In this document: positions 58,867 through 64,000 of the stretch, piece after piece
How positions within the stretch are numbered: the stretch's first letter is position 1
Layout of the letters: each line of letters starts with the position of its first letter
Assembly (NCBI GenBank): GCA_041624435.1
Contig: JBFJVB010000002.1
Location: 2,710-66,709, forward strand
DNA: 64,000 nucleotides
Direction of reading: 5' to 3'
From: Oceanococcus sp.
GTDB taxonomy: Bacteria > Pseudomonadota > Gammaproteobacteria > Nevskiales > Oceanococcaceae
Position numbers and translations under genes: made by a program
The notes under the pieces: generated by a model
The model's database searches: none
Told to the model about the DNA's origin: nothing
What the model saw: the letters and a program-made list of their open reading frames with translations, nothing else

Positions 58867-59913
58867 ATGCCGCCATCGGACACCCAGGCAGCGGCGGCTC
58901 ATCGCTGGTCTGAACGCTGGGGCCTGGCAGGGCTGATTCTCGATCTCCTGATGATCGCTCTGGTCATCATCAACCTGAGCTGGATTGTTTTCGATGCCGC
59001 CTGGTCGACCGCCGAGCTGCGCTACCTGATGGGCTGGGTACTGCCCCAGGACTGGCTACAGAACTACGCGGTCGTGCATGAACACTTCTATCGTATCGAT
59101 CTGATTTTCGTCGGCATATTTCTAACCGAATTCAGTTTGCGCTGGTTCGAGGCCGTGTGGAAGCGCTACTACAGCTTCTGGTTCGCCTACCCCATTTTGC
59201 ATTGGTACGACATCCTGGGCTGCATTCCGGTCGCCGGACTGCGCTGGCTGCGCATTCTCCGGGTCTTCGCCGTTTTGCTGCGGCTGCAGCGTCTGGGGCT
59301 GATCGATTACACGCAGTGGACCCTGTATCGTCTGGGGCAGCGCCTGTACGGCATCCTGATGGAGGAAATCTCCGATCGCGTCGTCATCCGGGTGCTGAGC
59401 GGCGTGCAGGCCGAAATCAGCGCCTCGCACAAGATGGAACAGCAGATTCTGGCGCAGGTCATCGCGCCCCGACAGCAGGTGATCGCCGACGCCTTGCGCA
59501 GTCGGTTGATTCACGTCGGCCAGCGCACCTACGCCGCAGCCCGTGAGGACTTGCACCAGTTCATCACCGACACGGTCAGCAAGGCCGTCCACGAGAATCG
59601 CGAGATCAAGCGCATCGACAAGATTCCGGTGGTCGGCGGAAGGGCCGGCAAACTGCTGGATCATGCCATCACCGACATCGTCTGCCGGGTCATCGATGAG
59701 TTATCCGGCCGACTGTCCAGCGCCGAGTTCGAGGTTCTGTTCAACGAAATTTGCGGCGCGATTCTGGCCGCAATGGTTTCGGCAGCCGAGCAATCCGATG
59801 GCGCAGACCAGCTGACCCAGGCCGTCAATGACATGCTGGAACTGATCAAGACGCAGGTGGCGCAGCGCCGTTGGCTGGACGATTTCGAGGCGCAGCCGGC
59901 GGCTTCGCCCTGA
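58867..59913 (+). CDS. Membrane protein with voltage-sensor-like S1-S4 domain and a cytoplasmic helical tail; no pore domain
   Basis: S2 DLIFVGIFLTEFSLRW, S3 WYDILGCIP, S4 LRWLRILRVFAVLLRLQR; no S5-P-S6 segment. Confidence 0.75.
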   Translation: MPPSDTQAAAAHRWSERWGLAGLILDLLMIALVIINLSWIVFDAAWSTAELRYLMGWVLPQDWLQNYAVVHEHFYRIDLIFVGIFLTEFSLRWFEAVWKRYYSFWFAYPILHWYDILGCIPVAGLRWLRILRVFAVLLRLQRLGLIDYTQWTLYRLGQRLYGILMEEISDRVVIRVLSGVQAEISASHKMEQQILAQVIAPRQQVIADALRSRLIHVGQRTYAAAREDLHQFITDTVSKAVHENREIKRIDKIPVVGGRAGKLLDHAITDIVCRVIDELSGRLSSAEFEVLFNEICGAILAAMVSAAEQSDGADQLTQAVNDMLELIKTQVAQRRWLDDFEAQPAASP

Positions 59914-59921
59914 GCCACCTT

Positions 59922-61160
59922 CTACTGCAGGCAATGCGCCACCACGTTGCGCATCGGCACGGAGATCAGGTGTCCGCCGCCGCCGCTGTAACTGGCCCAG
60001 GCTACCAGCGCCGCATGCAAGCCGGTGAGAGGATCGGCGATGGCATCGCCACAGATCACCCGTTCACCGCTGCGTTGATGAATCAGCGCAGACAAGCCCG
60101 CCGCCACCGCGGCGTCATCGCCAAACGCCACCCAGTCCGCTTCCGGATCGCTGCGACCATAGCCGGTGATGCTCACCCAGCTCAGGCCGGGATGCTGCTG
60201 CACCAGACTCTGGGCGTCGATGCCCAGCTGGCGCAAGGCGCGTGGCCGAAACGCTTCGACCACGATATCCGCGCGGGCGACTTCGGCCAGAAAACGCGCG
60301 CGATCTGAGTCCTGAGCCAGGTCCAGAGACAGCTCGTCCTTGCCCGCGTTCAAGGCGTGGAAAAACCCCGGGGGCCCGTTTCGCGCGCCATCGGGCCGCC
60401 CGGGATGTTCGATCTTGCACACCTGGGCACCGGCCTGGCGAAGCAACTGGGTGCATAGCGGCCCGGCCCACAAGGCGGTCAGATCCAGCACCCGAGGCGC
60501 GCTCGGCGATGCCCCGCCACGCGGCGTGCCGCCAGCCTCTAGCTGATACCAGGCAGGAGCAGGCTGCTGCGGCAATTGATCCAGGGCCACCGGCAAGCCC
60601 AACCAGCGGGCACGTTCCAGCAGACTTGCGCAGGAGCGGGCGCGCATTGCCGCCGCCACGGCTGACCAATCGCTGACCCCCTCTGCCTCCAGCCAGGCCG
60701 GCAACATGGCCCAATCGTCTTCACGGGCTAGATTCACTGCCAGCCAGCCATCGGCGCAGGCCAGCAAGCGACAGCTGCCCCCCGGGGCCACCGCCCCCTG
60801 TCGACGCAGCGGGTGGGTCAGGCGGCGAATGCCGAGCAGTCGGCGCCCCAGCCAGGCAATGCGCCGCTCGGCGGGCAGCAGGGCATTGAGCGCCTGCATC
60901 ACCCCATCGGCATGGCTGGCCAGCGGCAAGTCGCAGCGCAGCGGCGGTCCGTTTGCCGGTCCGCACAGGCCGGCCAAACCGCTATCCTGCCAGGCCTGTT
61001 CGGGACTCAGATCCAGCCGCACCGATCTTCCGGCTGTGGTCATTTCCAGCTCCGCGCCCAGGCTGCGCAGACATCGACCAGCATAGCGACTGGCCGCTCC
61101 TGCATCGGTCCAGGCGAACTGACGACCCGCAAGCGGCGCCGCCGGAGTTGCGGCGCGCAT
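59922..61160 (-). CDS. CaiB/BaiF (family III) CoA-transferase-like protein
   Basis: RVLDLTALWAGP, V.KIE...RPD, LNAGK, ADIVVE..RP, SITGYG. Confidence 0.8.
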   Translation of the reverse strand: MRAATPAAPLAGRQFAWTDAGAASRYAGRCLRSLGAELEMTTAGRSVRLDLSPEQAWQDSGLAGLCGPANGPPLRCDLPLASHADGVMQALNALLPAERRIAWLGRRLLGIRRLTHPLRRQGAVAPGGSCRLLACADGWLAVNLAREDDWAMLPAWLEAEGVSDWSAVAAAMRARSCASLLERARWLGLPVALDQLPQQPAPAWYQLEAGGTPRGGASPSAPRVLDLTALWAGPLCTQLLRQAGAQVCKIEHPGRPDGARNGPPGFFHALNAGKDELSLDLAQDSDRARFLAEVARADIVVEAFRPRALRQLGIDAQSLVQQHPGLSWVSITGYGRSDPEADWVAFGDDAAVAAGLSALIHQRSGERVICGDAIADPLTGLHAALVAWASYSGGGGHLISVPMRNVVAHCLQ

Positions 61161-61165
61161 TTCGC

Positions 61166-62197
61166 TCAGCGCCCGCCTGCCTCACCCTGGGCGTAGGGCT
61201 TGAGCGGCGGCTCTGCATAACTGGAGTGGAACTGGGGCGGCACCGAGGCGAAAAAACCACCGCCTGCACTGAACAGGCCCGGTACGGCGGTGCCGGGTTC
61301 CAGCATGCTCAGCGCGAAGCACGAACTTGATTCCATGACCCGCCGGGCATCGGCGGGTCCCGGATGAACCAGCGCATCCAGGGTCAGTTCGGCGGTCAGG
61401 GCATCGGTCAAGCCGATGCTGACATGCTCGGCCGGGTAGCCCGGACAAAGGTCTTGCAGCAGGATATTGCTGACCTTGGGATTGTCCTGACCATGATCCA
61501 GGGCGGACGTCGATTCCGGCTGCTGCGGCTGTACCAGTTCGTCATACAGGGTGTAGATCGAGGTGTAATCGATCTGCCCCGGCGTTTCGTCACCAGCGTT
61601 CAAGGCGCGGACGAAATTCGAATCCGGACTGAACTGAAAGAACGCGGCCGGCATTGGCAGCGGCGTTGTGCCCGCGCCGGCCCCCAGATAAGTGCCATGA
61701 TTGACCGCCGCATGCATCACGAAATCATCCAGCATTGAACGAATGCCCGGCCACCACTTGATTGCCCAGCGCGGCATGGATCCGCCCTGGCTGTGTCCGA
61801 TCATGTCGAGCTTACGGCCGGTCTGGCGGTACACGCTACGTACCGCATGCACCACATACTCGGCAGCCATTTGCTGATCCCCGAAGCCACGATCGGGATA
61901 GGTGACCGTGCACACATCAAAACCCCGGGCCTCCAGCCAGGGGCGGTAATTCCAGCTGTACTGCTCCTCGCCATAGGTCCCGGTGCCATGCACCAGCAAC
62001 ACGGCCTGGCGCTCCGGATGGGTGAATTCGGAGCAGTTCAGCGCAGCATCCAGCAATTCAGTCGGCGTCTCCAGGGGCGGATCCCCGGCTTTATCCGCGA
62101 CCTCCGCGACTTCGGCAGGGGACACAGCGCCCTGCCCGCACGCGCTCAAGCACAAGACGCCTGCCAATCCCAGAATCACCGCTACTCGTCTGTCCAT
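61166..62197 (-). CDS. Lipoprotein lipase/esterase (alpha/beta hydrolase)
   Basis: Lipobox LSAC, LLVHGTG, GHSQG, YDE.V.P, EH; start trimmed to 62197. Confidence 0.85.
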   Translation of the reverse strand: MDRRVAVILGLAGVLCLSACGQGAVSPAEVAEVADKAGDPPLETPTELLDAALNCSEFTHPERQAVLLVHGTGTYGEEQYSWNYRPWLEARGFDVCTVTYPDRGFGDQQMAAEYVVHAVRSVYRQTGRKLDMIGHSQGGSMPRWAIKWWPGIRSMLDDFVMHAAVNHGTYLGAGAGTTPLPMPAAFFQFSPDSNFVRALNAGDETPGQIDYTSIYTLYDELVQPQQPESTSALDHGQDNPKVSNILLQDLCPGYPAEHVSIGLTDALTAELTLDALVHPGPADARRVMESSSCFALSMLEPGTAVPGLFSAGGGFFASVPPQFHSSYAEPPLKPYAQGEAGGR

Positions 62198-62272
62198 GTC
62201 CCAGCTCAACTCAGGTTTATTTCGCAACTGCCAAGATAAGGCGACTAAAATGGCCCGACCACCCCCAAACCA

Positions 62273-63679
62273 GTGAGAACCGTGAGCGACACCCAGGACA
62301 AAGCCCGAGCCAGTCTGAAGAAGCTTCAGACCAAGCCCCTGCAACGCAATATCACCTTGACGACCATGGGCGTGGGGGCCGGAGTTCGAGCGGCGGGCCA
62401 TGGGCTCGGCAACCTGTTTCGCAAGAGCGAAAAACGCGCCGTGGCCAACAAGGCCTTTGTGATTCGCGAAACTCAGAATTTTGTCGACAAGCTGGGACAG
62501 CTCAAAGGCAGCGTGATGAAAGCCGGGCAGATGTTTTCGCTGTACGGGCAGTACTTCATGCCACCGGAAGCTGTCGCCATCCTGCAAAGCCTGCAGGATG
62601 ACACCGTGCATGTGGACTGGGCGGTAGTCGAGCCGGTGATCGAAAATGCCTTGGGTCCGTCTCGACTGGCCGAACTCGAGATCGAAAAGGAACCGATTGC
62701 CGCGGCCTCACTGAGCCAGGCGCATGTGGCGTATCGCAAGACCGACCGGCGCAAACTGTGCCTGAAAGTGCAGTACCCCGGCGTGGACGCCGCGATCGAT
62801 TCGGATATCAACACCATCGCGCGCCTGCTGGTGCTGGGCCAGTTGATCCCCGAGCACCTGTCGCCCCAGCCGATCATGGCCGAGATTCGCGAGATGCTGC
62901 ATCGTGAGGTGGATTACATCCACGAAGCCCGAATGACCCGACATTTTCGCGCTGGCCTGGCGCAGGATTCGCGCTTTATCGTACCCCAGATCGAAGACGC
63001 CTTCTGCACCGCGCAACTGCTTTTAATGAGTTTTGAAGAAGGCGTTTCCCTGCGCAGTGAAGCGGTCCTGGCCCTGCCACAGGAGCGCCGCAACGCCCTG
63101 GGACAAGCATTTTTCGATCTGTTCTGTACCGAATTCTTCGACTGGAAACTGGTGCAAACCGACCCCCATTACGGCAACTACCGTATTCGCATCGATGCGC
63201 AGGGCGAGCGAATCGTGCTGCTGGATTTCGGCGCCACCCGTGAATTTCCCAGCGCATTCGTTAAATCCTACGCCCGCATCCTGCTCGGCGGCATCCAGCG
63301 CCAGCCTCAGGCGGTCATCGATGGCGCCTGCGGCATCGGCCTGATGGAAGCCGATTTTCCACCGGCGGTACACGCGGATTTCTACCAGATGATCTGCCAG
63401 ATCATGGAGCCGTTCTGCGCGGATCAGATCGATGTGCGCACGGACATGTTTACCGCCGATGGCGCCTATCGCTGGGCCAAGGGCGATGTTTTCGTCGAGG
63501 CCGGAAAACTGCTGTCGCGGGCGGCGACGACGGTGCATTTCAAGATGCCGCCACGGGAGATCATCTTTCTGCATCGTCGTTTGGCCGGAGTCTACATGCT
63601 GCTGGGCCATCTGGACTGCGTGTTTGATCCGCGTGAACGCCTGCACGCCTCGCTCAACGCGCTGCTCGCTGAGGACTGA
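62273..63679 (+). CDS. ABC1/UbiB (COQ8-like) atypical kinase
   Basis: KAGQ, PIAAASL.QAH, KVQYPG, QTDPH.GN, LLDFG; start uncertain (62273 or 62282). Confidence 0.9.
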   Translation: MRTVSDTQDKARASLKKLQTKPLQRNITLTTMGVGAGVRAAGHGLGNLFRKSEKRAVANKAFVIRETQNFVDKLGQLKGSVMKAGQMFSLYGQYFMPPEAVAILQSLQDDTVHVDWAVVEPVIENALGPSRLAELEIEKEPIAAASLSQAHVAYRKTDRRKLCLKVQYPGVDAAIDSDINTIARLLVLGQLIPEHLSPQPIMAEIREMLHREVDYIHEARMTRHFRAGLAQDSRFIVPQIEDAFCTAQLLLMSFEEGVSLRSEAVLALPQERRNALGQAFFDLFCTEFFDWKLVQTDPHYGNYRIRIDAQGERIVLLDFGATREFPSAFVKSYARILLGGIQRQPQAVIDGACGIGLMEADFPPAVHADFYQMICQIMEPFCADQIDVRTDMFTADGAYRWAKGDVFVEAGKLLSRAATTVHFKMPPREIIFLHRRLAGVYMLLGHLDCVFDPRERLHASLNALLAED

Positions 63680-63729
63680 AGCAGGAATCCTTCGGCTGTG
63701 CAGCCGACGCCTGGCCGCGCCCTGATCGA

Positions 63730-63999
63730 TCAGTTCGCCATGCGCGGCTGAAACAGACTCAGATAATCCAGCGGCAGGCTCTGTTCGGTGATGACTCCTT
63801 TTTCGGTGACCAGGATATCGGTCGTCTTGAACATCGGCGGCCGACCCAGGCGAACCGAAGACGGCTCGACAAAGCTCATCGCATTGGTTTGCGCAAGCGG
63901 TCGACCGTCTCGACTCCAAAGCGCAATGCGCCCCTGATCAAAATGGGTCACGAGAATACCGTCAGCGCTCAAGCCCAGATCATCGTGCACCGCCTCTTC
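63730..63999 (-). CDS. 3' end of a probable beta-propeller protein (SMP-30/gluconolactonase-like), truncated by the window
   Basis: Frame open to the window edge; DDL...DG.L.V and PSSV..G motifs. Confidence 0.5.
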   Translation of the reverse strand, partial: EEAVHDDLGLSADGILVTHFDQGRIALWSRDGRPLAQTNAMSFVEPSSVRLGRPPMFKTTDILVTEKGVITEQSLPLDYLSLFQPRMAN

Positions 64000-64000
64000 A

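Noticed and set aside
58867-59913. Call as a K+ channel or Hv1 proton channel
   Set aside because: No TVGYG filter or pore helices; lacks the Hv1 S1 Asp and the exact RxWRxxR signature

Overview
GC-rich gammaproteobacterial chromosome segment; the gene content suggests an aquatic lipid or hydrocarbon degrader (inference only). 0-14 kb is mostly housekeeping: tRNA-Leu(GAG), secG, tpiA, glmM, folP, grxD, sodB, argF, nadC, metC, sppA, ahpC-trxB, with probable integrase arm-type sites just beyond the tRNA 3' end at the window edge. 14-25 kb is a signalling and envelope patchwork: a pseudo-REC/pseudo-GGDEF protein with an intact I-site, an ECF sigma/anti-sigma/secreted peptide/TPR-beta-barrel module with two matching ECF promoters, a sigma54-driven orphan nitrate transporter, a Prx5/DUF442/MBL trio and a sigma28-driven PomAB stator pair. 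25-36 kb is an atu-like (acyclic terpene/branched acyl-CoA) cluster with a split carboxylase alpha subunit and visible TetR-type operators. 36-42 kb holds tandem DUF1631-like paralogues, DUF2058, SixA and a GAK-type CofD-like protein. 42-64 kb is a lipid/alkane-type accessory region (esterase, PrpE, SDR, animal-like PTPS, ferredoxin/rubredoxin reductase, WS/DGAT, DUF1302, flavin reductase, ALDH, DUF1329, DUF2505, rubredoxin, lipase, ABC1 kinase) with no terminal oxygenase, and it includes a pore-less voltage-sensor-domain protein. The best candidates for undescribed biology are the ECF/Slam-like export module, the pore-less voltage-sensor protein and the tetrahydrobiopterin-type PTPS/SDR pair. 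No CRISPR array, rRNA or transposase was seen. All family assignments come from motif recognition by eye; no database searches were run.
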